A stretch of DNA of 12,660 nt. It comes from Tubiluchus corallicola. Taxonomy: Eukaryota; Animalia; Priapulida. Positions 1-10,693 of this stretch are shown one piece after another. The number at the start of each line of letters is the position of its first letter. The stretch's first letter is position 1. Location of the stretch: the NCBI GenBank assembly GCA_030141605.1, contig JAQGDQ010002153.1, forward strand, positions 1 through 12,660, written 5' to 3'. The position numbers and the translations under genes are program-made. The notes beneath the pieces were generated by a model, which was not told where the DNA came from, did no database searches, and saw only the letters and a list, made by a program, of their open reading frames with translations.

Positions 1-350
<350 letters not shown>

Positions 351-515
351 GGCACGCGATTATTTATGTACATTGTATCGTTCTTCGATAAACTTGAACT
401 ATTTCACTTCTATACACAAATCCAATTAAATTACATTATATAATTTACAATTATACTAAACAATTCAACACGAAAAATGATGATAATACTATTGTACAAA
501 AACAACACAACTCAC

Positions 516-729
516 TCGACCATAGTCCCTGTAATAAAGTTCGAAACCTGGCGTGGGCGTAGCAAACCACAATCGTTGTCGATACGGTTCTGCGCTGGTT
601 GTTCTGCATTCCAAGTTTGGAGTTTCTGTCAGACTGACGTCATTTCCGGTCAATGTACCACGCTTTTTAACACTAAAACTGTTGCAAACGCGATTCGGCT
701 GAGTACCACACACCCACGCACATTCTAGT
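516..729 (-). CDS. Gene A coding exon 2: PAN/apple-like Cys module of a secreted protein (continues beyond window)
   Basis: Minus-strand acceptor tatttttccag|A (exon starts 729), candidate branch site TTAAC ~20 nt upstream, donor CGA|GTGAGT (exon ends 516, phase 0). Translation (R)LECAWVCGTQPNRVCNSFSVKKRGTLTGNDVSLTETPNLECRTTSAEPYRQRLWFATPTPGFELYYRDYGR. The S-x-x-ECAxxC...CxSF...C...GFxxY pattern resembles PAN/apple modules. The phase-2 junction matches exon 1. Confidence 0.8.
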
Positions 730-1106
730 CTGGAAAAATATTGTATGTTAACTGCAGCCATCTTGAAATTGTAATCAAGGAATTGTTATTAGCAACACGA
801 AAAGTGACCGGGTACAGCAGGGGGGTACTAACTATGTTATAGCCTAGGACCCCAGAGTTTGAGGGGGCACATTTTAGGAAAAAATCTTATTCTTCTCGGA
901 AAATGTTATCTGTACTTTCATATTCATGTAAACGGCGAATTTTCTAACACACCACAGGCAGTTAGTGACCGCAGCTTTCATATAAGCACCACATAACGAA
1001 CAGGAGCAAGACATTACACAAGCAGCCTGCTTAAATACAACCCTGATGCAAATACATGTAATTAATAACGACCACGTAGAAACTAGGTTAATAGTGTTTC
1101 TACTTT

Positions 1107-1653
1107 ACATTATATTATATTATATAATATAATGATATGTTATGTTATGTTATGTGATGTTATGTTGTATTATGCTATGCTATGTTGTGTCATGTTATGT
1201 TATGTTGTATCATGTTATGTTATGTTGTATTATGTGATGTTATGTTGTGTTATGTTATGCTATGTTATGTTATGTTGTATTATGTTATGCTATGCTATGT
1301 TACGTTACGTTATGTTATGTTGTATTATGTTATGTTATGTTATGTTATGTTATGCTATGTTGTATCATGTTATGTTATATTATGCTATGTTATGTTACGT
1401 TGTATCATGTTATGTTATGTTATGCTATGTTATGTTACGTTGTATGTTATGTTATATTATGTTATGCTATGTTGTATCATGTTATGTTATCTTGTATTAT
1501 GTTATGTTGTGTTATGTTATGTTATGTGTTATGTTATGTTATGTTATGTTGTATGTTGTGTTGTGTTGTGTTGTGTTGTGTTGTGTTGTGTTGTGCTGTG
1601 TTGTGTTGTGTTGTGTTGTGTTGTATTATGTTATGTCATATTATATTATGTTA
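1107..1653. repeat. Compound pentanucleotide microsatellite (TATGT)n with TATAT and TGTGT sub-domains; intron 1 of gene A
   Basis: Period-5 tandem TTATG with variants, and a near-pure TTGTG run at ~1556-1623; source of the three overlapping MLCYV-rich ORFs. Confidence 0.97.
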
Positions 1654-1878
1654 ACTTCATAGACCCATTAATTTTATTTTATCAATTTACGCATTTATTT
1701 ATTTTATTTTTTATTTTTCTGAAGTTTAAAAAATATACCTGTGTCGTTAACAAAAGAAATGTTATTAAATATTAAATATTCATTAAACACTTCAGTATTG
1801 ATTAAAGTTTACTTAGAGAGGTAGTTTTTGACAAGGGTTGCAGAATGACAAACTGGATGAAAAAAATAATTATCTTAC

Positions 1879-2036
1879 CTGCTCCTTGTAAGTTTAATAG
1901 CCGTCACTTTTTGAGTTATCCTCATATCATCCGGGTATTTCTGAAAAGCTACAGAAACCGGTATCAGCTGTGCAACAATTCCACGCAGAAGCCAAAGAAA
2001 TTGTAAAACCACCAACAACGTAAAATATGGCTTCAT
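1879..2036 (-). CDS. Gene A first coding exon: signal peptide plus start of PAN/apple-like module
   Basis: ATG at 2036-2034, translation MKPYFTLLVVLQFLWLLRGIVA-QLIPVSVAFQKYPDDMRITQKVTAIKLTRS plus 2 nt. Basic N-region, hydrophobic core and I-V-A cleavage-like site. Strong donor AG|GTAAGA at 1879/1878 (phase 2); AG+A restores Arg and gives ...TRSRLECAWVC on joining the exon at 729. Confidence 0.8.
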
Positions 2037-2121
2037 CTTAGAGTTTTAGAAAATTTGAAGTAAATTTTTGTGTTAAGATAATAATTCCTGCTGAATGATG
2101 GGCTCTACTAGGTCTGTTAAC

Positions 2122-2281
2122 TGTTTACTCTGACTAGAAATCACAGTGTGAACAATATACGAGTGTCAGCAATGTTTATTCTGACTAGAAACCACAGTGT
2201 GAACAATATACTAGTGCCGGCAATGTTTATTCTGACTAGAAACCACAGTGTGAACAATATACGAGTGCCAGCAATGTTTAT
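2122..2281. repeat. 51-bp tandem repeat, 3 copies plus a partial fourth
   Basis: Unit TGTTTATTCTGACTAGAAACCACAGTGTGAACAATATACGAGTGCCAGCAA starting at 2122, 2173 and 2224, partial at 2275, with only a few substitutions between copies. Confidence 0.95.
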
Positions 2282-2648
2282 ACCATGTGAACATTCACTA
2301 TGGAGACGCAGCCTTAGGACGTCCTTCAAAACTGCATTACGTCAAAGCATAAGACGCGTAACGCTCAATGACGTATTAGTTTCAATGTTTTTCTCGAATG
2401 TCGAAACTTAGTCGGTTCAAAGGACAGAGGTATAGAACGTACAAAGGCCAAGAAAGTCGTTTAAATTGAAAGCTACATGCTTAACGTTGCGATACACGAT
2501 ACAACTTTTTGAATCATCGCCAGGCGACAAAGCTGATAGTGCGACATTGAAAAAGTCATTCCGTTTTATGCTTAAAGGAAGTAGTTTTGTAATAATAGTT
2601 ATTTTATACAAAACTAATAATTATAAATAGCAATAAATGCTAAGCGGA

Positions 2649-3225
2649 CTGATGTAGCTAAGAATGGCAGAGAAAAAAAGCCCGGTAAAAATGGCATAAA
2701 TAGAAAAGTAGGTAAAATGACACAGTAAAAACGGCACAGAAAGAGATGGTACAAATGGAAAAGTAGGTAAAAATGACACAGGTAAAAATGGTATAATAAA
2801 AATGGTACAAATGGAAAAATAGATAAAATGGAACAAGAAAAAGTGGCACAAATCAAAAAGTAGTTAAAATGGTACGGGGGAAAATGGTACTAATGGATAA
2901 GTAGGTAAAATGGCACAAGAAAAATTGCACAAATGGAAAAGTAGGTAAACATGCCACAGGAAAAATGGCACAAATGGAAAAGTTTGCAAAATGGTACGGT
3001 AAAAATGGCACCGGAAAATGGTACAAATTGATAAATAGGTAAACATGCCACAGGAAAAATGGCACCAATAAAAAATTCTGCAAAATGGTACGGTAAAAAT
3101 GGCAGCGGAAAAATGGTACAAATGGAAAAGGAGGTAAAATGCCATTCTATTCTATTATAGAAATCCATTGGGTCAGTGTAACATATTTGCCCTTTCTCCT
3201 ACATTTGTGCCACTTACCGCGCATC
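2649..3225 (+). mobile_element. Degenerate non-autonomous (MITE-like) element, copy 1, with GGTAAAAATGGCACA subrepeats
   Basis: Array of AAAAATGG(C/T)ACA and CAAATGGAAAAGTAGGTAAAA motifs at ~2660-3143, with an inverted copy (CATTTGTGCCACTTACC) near 3202-3218. The same motif recurs at 3584-4355 and 10462-10693. The repeat is certain; boundaries and class are inferred. Confidence 0.6.
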
Positions 3226-3583
3226 GCGCTATTAGTTGTAAAATTTACAGCTGTTTTAAAAGCTGTGTTGTCACACTTTATATACAGTTTTTTAAATAGA
3301 ACAAATGCAATATTTCCGCAGTCTACTAGACAATGATGCTCGATTGTTTCTCGGAACAATGACGAAGTAAATACAGAACACTCCGAAGCTTTGTGGTTTT
3401 TAACAATTGAAACATTAGAATCTTAACATGTTAGTAAATCTTCGCGTCAACTGTGACTGTGTCAGGTTAGTAAAGTTGCACATTAATTTTTAAAACCTTT
3501 ATTCATATTAACTGCACGTGTATTATATTGATTTTTACAGCTGAACGTTTAACTTTGTCTATGTTATGCTCAGTCAAGGTGGT

Positions 3584-4355
3584 GGGCAGCTAAAGTGGCA
3601 CATAGTATAGGTAAAATGGCACAGTGGTATAAGTCAAAATGGCACAGTGGTAGTGGTAAAAATGGCACAATGGCATAGGTAAAAGTGCCACAGGGGTATA
3701 AGTAAAAATGACACAGTGGTATAGGTAAAAAAGGCACAGTAGTATAGGTAAAATGGCACAGTCGTATAAGTGTAAATGGCACAGTGGTGTAAGTAAAAAT
3801 CGCGTGGTAAAAATGGCACAGTGGTGTAGGTAAAAATGGCACAGAGGCATAGGTAAAAATGGCACAATGGTATAGGTAAAAGATAGTGCAAATGGAAAAC
3901 TAGGTAAAAATGGCACAGGTAAAAATGGTATAATAAAAATGGCACAAATGGAAAAGTAGGTAAAATGGCATAGGAAAAAATGGCATAAGAAAAAATGGAA
4001 TAAATGCATGGACATTATTATTTTAAACAGGCATAAATGGGACAAATTTTAGTAAGAAAAAATGCGGCATTTATAAAATGTGAGTTTACGATTATGGTTA
4101 GCATATGGTTAGATTATAGTGGATAATTATTTTAGTTATTTTTGCTTCCTGTCGTGGAGGTCTAAGAGAGAAAGTGTTAGCTCTTTGAAAAGAGAAGGAC
4201 TTGACTACACGATACGATACGTCTTTTTTTATTACCTCCACTAGGACAAGTTAGATCCAGGTTCCATTTCGAGAACAACCCCTTCTAGAAACTGTTTATC
4301 GTTTTCAAGAGCGTTTTGTGCCATTTTTACCTGTGCCATTTTACCCTACATGCCC
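3584..4355 (+). mobile_element. Degenerate non-autonomous (MITE-like) element, copy 2, with subterminal inverted subrepeats
   Basis: Left end GGGCAGCTAAAGTGGCACA followed by ~23-bp GGCACAGTGGTATAGGTAAAAAT tandem units to ~4045. The right end carries the motif inverted (TTTTGTGCCATTTTTACCTGTGCCATTTTACCCTACATGCCC, 4314-4355). Internal degenerate GGTTAG at ~4095-4113. No clear target-site duplication. Confidence 0.65.
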
Positions 4356-4448
4356 TTAATGTTATCACAGAATACCATCTTCAACACGCATAATTGGTAC
4401 ATATCACATCATAATTGTATGTGATAAATATGTTATGTAGTATGTAAA

Positions 4449-4452
<4 letters not shown>

Positions 4453-4485
<33 letters not shown>
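4453..4485. repeat. (AT)n microsatellite, ~16 units
   Basis: Pure AT alternation. Confidence 0.97.
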
Positions 4486-4487
<2 letters not shown>

Positions 4488-4708
4488 CTTTATTTGTCAT
4501 TAAAATACATTGATAATCACTGATAAAAACTTTACAGAGATGATCAATCAGTGTTAGTTAATAAAAACTTACACTGCTAAAGGCAAATGCGTCAGTACAT
4601 TCTAAGCTACTGTGCAGTAATGGAAAGTTACGACGAATAAAATCAAACGTATTTACAACTATGCACAAAAAATGAAAAAAATTATGATATAATTAATATG
4701 GCCATGGA

Positions 4709-4716
4709 TATATAAA
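4709..4716 (+). promoter_or_regulatory. Candidate TATA box for gene B
   Basis: TATATAAA about 110 nt upstream of the ATG at 4819; could be chance in AT-rich DNA. Confidence 0.3.
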
Positions 4717-4818
4717 TTCTGAATTAGTGTGTATGTTGTCGTATTTGCTATTGTAGTATCCCTTCCACCGTTACTGCTACGTAAATAAAGAGAAATTAAC
4801 AAGCCTCATTCCTCTACG

Positions 4819-4914
4819 ATGAAGACTGACTTACTGATTGACTCACTATTATTGTTACTCACCGTGTATGGTTCAAGCGCAGGCACTGAAAGTGGGTCCA
4901 ATGACACTAACAAG
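4819..4914 (+). CDS. Gene B (secreted C-type lectin) first coding exon: signal peptide plus short linker
   Basis: MKTDLLIDSLLLLLTVYGSSA-GTESGSNDTNK (32 codons) with a Leu core and S-S-A cleavage-like site; donor AAG|GTAACG in phase 0, matching the phase-0 start of the exon at 9703. Confidence 0.7.
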
Positions 4915-5510
4915 GTAACGATTATAATCATCAGTTTAAAGTTTAAGAAAGATTAAAAAAACAGTTTATTACAGATTGGATTAAAAACAGTGGAACTCTT
5001 TAATAATCATTTTTAATTTTGTTTTAAATATGATTTACATAGATGCTTTATACAAAATGCATTTTTTGTAAACAAATAAGATTTTTTTGAAGACACTTCA
5101 TAACAAACTTAGTTCTTCTGCCACACACAGACTGATATTATAAAGCTTCTAGCCCTAAACTGACATAGTGGAAGTTGGTATTGTACATTGTAGTTAGGAG
5201 CTGCCATCTGTGTGCTAATTTTGTAACATGCTACTAGCTGACTTACCTTAAGTATAATTGTATGGTCCAGTGACTGCATACACACTGGTCCTCTCCCTAT
5301 CAAAAATTAATGTTTGTTGTGAAGCCTGGTCAAGTCTGCATAGGTCAAGTTCTATACCTGTATTCTGGGTGTTAAACAGGTTTTACTGACTGTTTTTGCT
5401 TTCTAGTTTTGCTCAGTGTTGAAGCTGCAGTTTTCTATTCATGTTTTCTATAGTTCAATAAACACTTTTCTGTCGTGCGAAGTGCAAGCATTTATTATAG
5501 ATATTTAGTT

Positions 5511-8500
5511 CCTATCCATACTTCTCTGTGTCTAAACTCAAGCATATCCATACTTCTCTGTGTCTAAACTCAGGCATATCCATACTTCTCAGTGTCTAAA
5601 CTCAAGCATATCCATACTTCTCTGTGTCTAAACTCAAGCATATCCATACTTCTCTGTGTCTAAACTCAGGCATATCCATACTTCTCTGTGTCTAAACTCA
5701 GGCATATCCATACTTCTCTGTGTCTAAACTCAAGCATATCCATACTTCTCTGTGTCTCAACTCAGGCATATCCATACTTCTCTGTGTCTAAACTCAAGCA
5801 TATCCATACTTCTCTGTGTCTAAACTCAAGCATATCCATACTTCTCTGTGTCTAAACTCAGGCATATCCATACTTCTCTGTGTCTAAACTCAAGCATATC
5901 CATACTTCTCTGTGTCTAAACTCAAGCATATCCATACTTCTCTGTGTCTAAACCCAGGCATATCCATACTTCTCAGTGTCTAAACTCAGGCATATCCATA
6001 CTTCTCTGTGTCTCAACTCAGGCATATCCATACTTCTCTGTGTCTAAACTCAAGCATATCCATACTTCTCTGTGTCTAAACTCAAGCATATCCATACTTC
6101 TCTGTGTCTAAACTCAAGCATATCCATACTTCTCTGTGTCTAAACTCAAGCCTATCCATACTTCTCTGTGTCTAAACTCAAGCATATCCATACTTCTCTG
6201 TGTCTGAACTCAAGCATATCCATACTTCTCTGTGTCTAAACTCAAGCATATCCATACTTCTCAGTGTCTAAACTCAGGCATATCCATACGTCTCTGTGTC
6301 TAAACTCAAGCATATCCATACGTCTCTGTGTCTAAACTCAGGCATATCCATACTTCTCTGTGTCTAAACTCAAGCGTATCCATACGTCTCTGTGTCTAAA
6401 CTCAAACATATCCATACTTCTCTGTGTCTAAACTCAGGCATATCCATACTTCTCTGTATCTAAACTCAGGCATATCCATACTTCTCTGTGTCTAAACTCA
6501 AGCATATCCATACTTCTCTGTGTCTAAACTCAGGCATATCCATACTTCTCTGTATCTAAACTCAGGTATATCCATACTTCTCAGTGTCTAAACTCAAGCA
6601 TATCCATACTTCTCTGTGTCTAAACTCAGGCATATCCATACTTCTCTGTGTCTAAACTCAAGCATATCCATACTTCTCTGTGTCTAAACTCAAGCATATC
6701 CATACTTCTCTGTGTCTAAACTCAGGCATATCCATACTTCTCTGTGCCTAAACTCAGGCATATCCATACTTCTCTGTGTCTAAACTCAAGCATATCCATA
6801 CTTCTCTGTGTCTAAACTCAGGCATATCCATACTTCTCTGTGTCTAAACTCAAGCGTATCCATACTTCTCAGTGTCTGAACTCAAGCATATCCATACTTC
6901 TCTGTGTCTAAACTCAGGCATATCCATACTTCTCTGTATCTAAACCCAGGCATATCCATACTTCTCTGTGTCTAAACTCAGGCATATCCATTCTTCTCTG
7001 TGCCTAAACTCAGGCATATCCATTCTTCTCTGTGCCTAAACTCAGGTATATCCATACTTCTCAGTGTCTAAACTCAAGCCTATCCATACTTCTCTGTGTC
7101 TAAACTCAAGCATATCCATACTTCTCTGTGTCTAAACTCAAGCATATCCATACTTCTCTGTGTCTAAACTCAAGCATATCCATACTTCTCTGTGTCTAAA
7201 CTCAAGCATATCCATACTTCTCTGTGTCTAAACTCAAGCCTATCCATACGTCTCTGTGTCTAAACTCAAGCATATCCATACGTCTCTGTGTCTAAACTCA
7301 AGCATATCCATACGTCTCTGTGTCTAAACTCAAGCATATCCATACGTCTCTGTGTCTAAACTCAAGCATATCCATACGTCTCTGTGTCTAAACTCAAGCA
7401 TATCCATGCGTCTCAGTGTCTAAACTCAGGCATATCCATGCGTCTCTGTGCCTAAACTCAGGCATATCCATACTTCTCAGTGTCTAAACTCAGGCATATC
7501 CATGCGTCTCTGTGCCTAAACTCAGGCATATCCATACTTCTCTGTGTCTAAACTCAGGCATATCCATGCGTCTCTGTGTCTACACTGAAGCATATCCATA
7601 CTTCTCTGTGTCTAAACTCAAGCATATCCATGCGTCTCTGTGTCTAAACTCAGGCATATCCATACTTCTCTGTGTCTAAACTCAAGCCTATCCATACTTC
7701 TCAGTGTCTAAACTCAGGCATATCCATGCGTCTCTGTGTCTAAACTCAAGCATATCCATACGTCTCTGTGTCTAAACTCAAGCATATCCATACGTCTCTG
7801 TGTCTAAACTCAAGCATATCCATACTTCTCTGTGTCTAAACTCAGGCATATCCATACGTCTCTGTGTCTAAACTCAAGCATATCCATACGTCTCTGTGTC
7901 TAAACTCAAGCATATCCATACTTCTCTGTGTCTAAACTCAGGCGTATCCATACGTCTCTGTGTCTGAACTCAAGCATATCCATACTTCTCAGTGTCTAAA
8001 CTCAAGCATATCCATACGTCTCTGTGTCTAAACTCAGGCATATCCATACTTCTCTGTGTCTAAACTCAAGCATATCCATACTTCTCTGTGTCTAAACTCA
8101 AGCATATCCATACTTCTCTGTGTCTAAACTCAAGCATATCCATACTTCTCAGTGTCTAAACTCAGGCATATCCATGCGTCTCTGTGCCTAAACTCAGGCA
8201 TATCCATACTTCTCTGTGTCTAAACTCAGGCATATCCATACTTCTCTGTGTCTAAACTCAAGCCTATCCATACTTCTCAGTGTCTAAACTCAGGCATATC
8301 CATGCGTCTCTGTGTCTAAACTCAAGCATATCCATACGTCTCTGTGTCTAAACTCAAGCATATCCATACGTCTCTGTGTCTAAACTCAAGCATATCCATA
8401 CTTCTCTGTGTCTAAACTCAGGCATATCCATACGTCTCTGTGTCTAAACTCAAGCATATCCATACTTCTCTGTGTCTAAACTCAAGCATATCCATACGTC

Positions 8501-9548
8501 TCTGTGTCTAAACTCAGGCATATCCATACGTCTCTGTGTCTAAACTCAAGCGTATCCATACTTCTCAGTGTCTAAACTCAAGCATGTCCATACGTCTCTG
8601 TGTCTAAACTCAGGCATATCCATACTTCTCTGTGTCTAAACTCAAGCATATCCATACTTCTCTGTGTCTAAACTCAAGCATATCCATACTTCTCTGTGTC
8701 TAAACTCAAGCATATCCATACTTCTCTGTGTCTAAACTCAAGCATATCCATACTTCTCTGTGTCTAAACTCAAGCCTATCCATACGTCTCTGTGTCTAAA
8801 CTCAAGCATATCCATACGTCTCTGTGTCTACACTGAAGCATATCCATACGTCTCTGTGTCTAAACTCAGGCATATCCATACTTCTCTGTGTCTAAACTCA
8901 GGTATATCCATACGTCTCTGTGTCTAAACTCAAGCATATCCATACGTCTCTGTGTCTAAACTCAGGCATATCCATACTTCTCTGTGTCTAAACTCAGGCA
9001 TATCCATACGTCTCTGTGTCTAAACTCAAGCATATCCATACTTCTCTGTGTCTAAACTCAGGCATATCCATACGTCTCTGTGTCTACACTGAAGCATATC
9101 CATGCGTCTCTGTGTCTACACTGAAGCATATCCATACGTCTCTGTGTCTAAACTCAGGCATATCCATACGTCTCTGTGTCTAAACTCAGGCATATCCATA
9201 CTTCTCTGTGTCTAAACTCAGGCATATCCATACGTCTCTGTGTCTAAACTCAAGCATATCCATACGTCTCTGTGTCTACACTGAAGCATATCCATACTTC
9301 TCTGTGTCTACACTGAAGCATATCCATACGTCTCTGTGTCTACACTGAAGCATATCCATACTTCTCTGTGTCTAAACTCAAGCATATCCATACTTCTCTG
9401 TGTCTAAACTCAGGCATATCCATACGTCTCTGTGTCTAAACTCAAGCATATCCATACTTCTCAGTGTCTAAACTCAGGCATATCCATACGTCTCTGTGTC
9501 TAAACTCAAGCATATCCATACGTCTCTGTGTCTACACTGAAGCATATC
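5511..9548. repeat. 32-bp minisatellite (VNTR), ~126 copies, in intron 1 of gene B
   Basis: Consensus CATATCCATACTTCTCTGTGTCTAAACTCAAG. The same register is found at 5521 and 9521 (4000 bp = 125 x 32). Variants appear to be substitutions only; there are no spacers. Confidence 0.99.
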
Positions 9549-9702
9549 AAAGTAACTGAACAACAACTTGAAAAGTGACACACATAATTATTGTGAACGT
9601 TTAGCATTATAACCCTGTGAACTGAAATACATTGAGATTTAAACTGAATTCAATCTTCATTTTTAATAATTTAATACAATAAACTTTTCGTGTTTGGTTT
9701 AG

Positions 9703-9877
9703 ACAACTTGTTGTCAAAATGGTGGAGAATATTACAATGGAAAATGTTACGTTTTTCGCAAAGACCCTGCTTCCTGGTGGAAAGCTATGATGATTTGCAA
9801 AATGGAAGCCAGTGAATTGGTTGCCATAGAAACGGCCGCAGAGAATCAGTTCATAACGAATTACCTGAGTGCAAATG
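9703..9877 (+). CDS. Gene B coding exon 2: N-terminal half of a long-form C-type lectin domain
   Basis: Acceptor tttggtttag|ACA. Translation TTCCQNGGEYYNGKCYVFRKDPASWWKAMMICKMEASELVAIETAAENQFITNYLSAN plus 1 nt. Shows the canonical CTLD pattern C-x10-CY.F, SW..A...C, LV.I.T..EN.FI. Probable donor ATG|GCAAGT (phase 1). Absent from the supplied ORF track. Confidence 0.92.
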
Positions 9878-10139
9878 GCAAGTATTTAAAGTCGCCTACA
9901 GTTTTTCTTACTATGTTGTAACATAACCTTATAAACAAGTATAAACCAGCAGACCTTGATTTACAAAGTTTGTTTCAACTTGTAATGCATTTCATTGAAA
10001 TCAAGTCTCTGCAAGGATAGTTTTGACACTTTATTATAGCCACGCTATTTTTGCTTCAAAATGGACACTATTTTGAAACTGTTTGCTAAACCAAATTATT
10101 GCTACATTTAGAACATTCGTTTATTATCTTTAACATTAT

Positions 10140-10211
10140 CCCTACGCTAACACTAACCCATCACTATCCTTAACCCAACCCTAATTCTACTCCTAACCCT
10201 AACCCTAATCC
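10140..10211. repeat. Degenerate interstitial telomere-like (CCCTAA)n tract
   Basis: CCCTACGCTAACACTAACCCATCACTATCCTTAACCCAACCCTAATTCTACTCCTAACCCTAACCCTAATCC: about 12 hexamer units, only a few perfect. Confidence 0.8.
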
Positions 10212-10461
10212 ATTTCGCAATCTGTATTCTTGTGTGGGGAATTGTAAACTTTAGCCGAGTTGAAGTCGCCAAGCATTCTTCGTGGGGTCGCGGACTAGTC
10301 CAAAAACTGTTTTTTAAAAATGCTGTTTTCTTGAAAAGTACGTATGTAGGTCTTGTTTCCTCAGTCTCTCATTACAACCGTTTTCTTCTGGAAAATGAAA
10401 CTGGGTTTTCCTGCTTTATATGCGGTATCTCAGTCATTGATTTTCCGGGAAAATGCGCATT

Positions 10462-10693
10462 GGTATGGGTAAAAATGGCACAGTGGTATAAGCAAAAATG
10501 GCACAGTGGGATAGGTAAAAATGGCATATAAAAATTGCAAGGTGATATAGGTAAGGATGGCACAGTGGTATAAGTAAAATGGCATGGCAAAAATGGCATG
10601 GTGGTATAGGTAAAAATGATATGGTGAAAATAGCATAACAAAAAATTGCACAAATGAAAAACTAGGTAAAAATGGCACGTAAAAAAATGGCAT
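10462..10693 (+). mobile_element. Partial copy 3 of the GGTAAAAATGGCACA subrepeat element (intron 2 of gene B)
   Basis: GGTAAAAATGGCACAGTGGTATAAG units followed by GCACAAATGAAAAACTAGGTAAAAATGGCAC, the same motif order as in copy 2 (compare ~3887-3917); no inverted right end seen. Confidence 0.65.

Noticed and set aside
635-642. Perfect CRE palindrome TGACGTCA
   Set aside because: It lies inside coding exon 2 of gene A and is explained by codons.
489-761. Single-exon 90-aa gene starting at ATG 761
   Set aside because: Only 729-516 is supported. The ORF ends overlap a polypyrimidine/AG acceptor and a GTGAGT donor, and a phase-matched signal-peptide exon exists at 2036-1879.
818-880. CAGGGGGGTACTAACTA...GAGGGGGCAC, reminiscent of a DNA-transposon terminus
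   Set aside because: Too short and degenerate, with no matching opposite end found.
1132-1775. Cys/Met/Tyr-rich ORFs of 135-197 aa
   Set aside because: All three frames give the same MLCYV pattern, which is the translation of a stop-free pentanucleotide repeat.
2614-4045. Many overlapping minus-strand ORFs rich in PFL/CHF/AIF (also 10372-10729)
   Set aside because: They are three-frame translations of the TGTGCCATTTTTACC subrepeat with no domain signature.
5109-5303. Minus-strand 64-aa ORF with a perfect AAG|GTAAGT donor at 5247/5246
   Set aside because: No recognisable protein and no convincing partner exon; it could be a non-coding antisense exon but cannot be supported from sequence alone.
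5511-9548. CRISPR array (32-bp repeat length is CRISPR-like)
   Set aside because: Units are head-to-tail with no unique spacers and no cas genes, and the array lies in a spliceosomal intron.
5511-9548. Repetitive protein-coding region
   Set aside because: The period of 32 is not a multiple of 3 and the unit carries stop triplets on both strands, so all frames close quickly.
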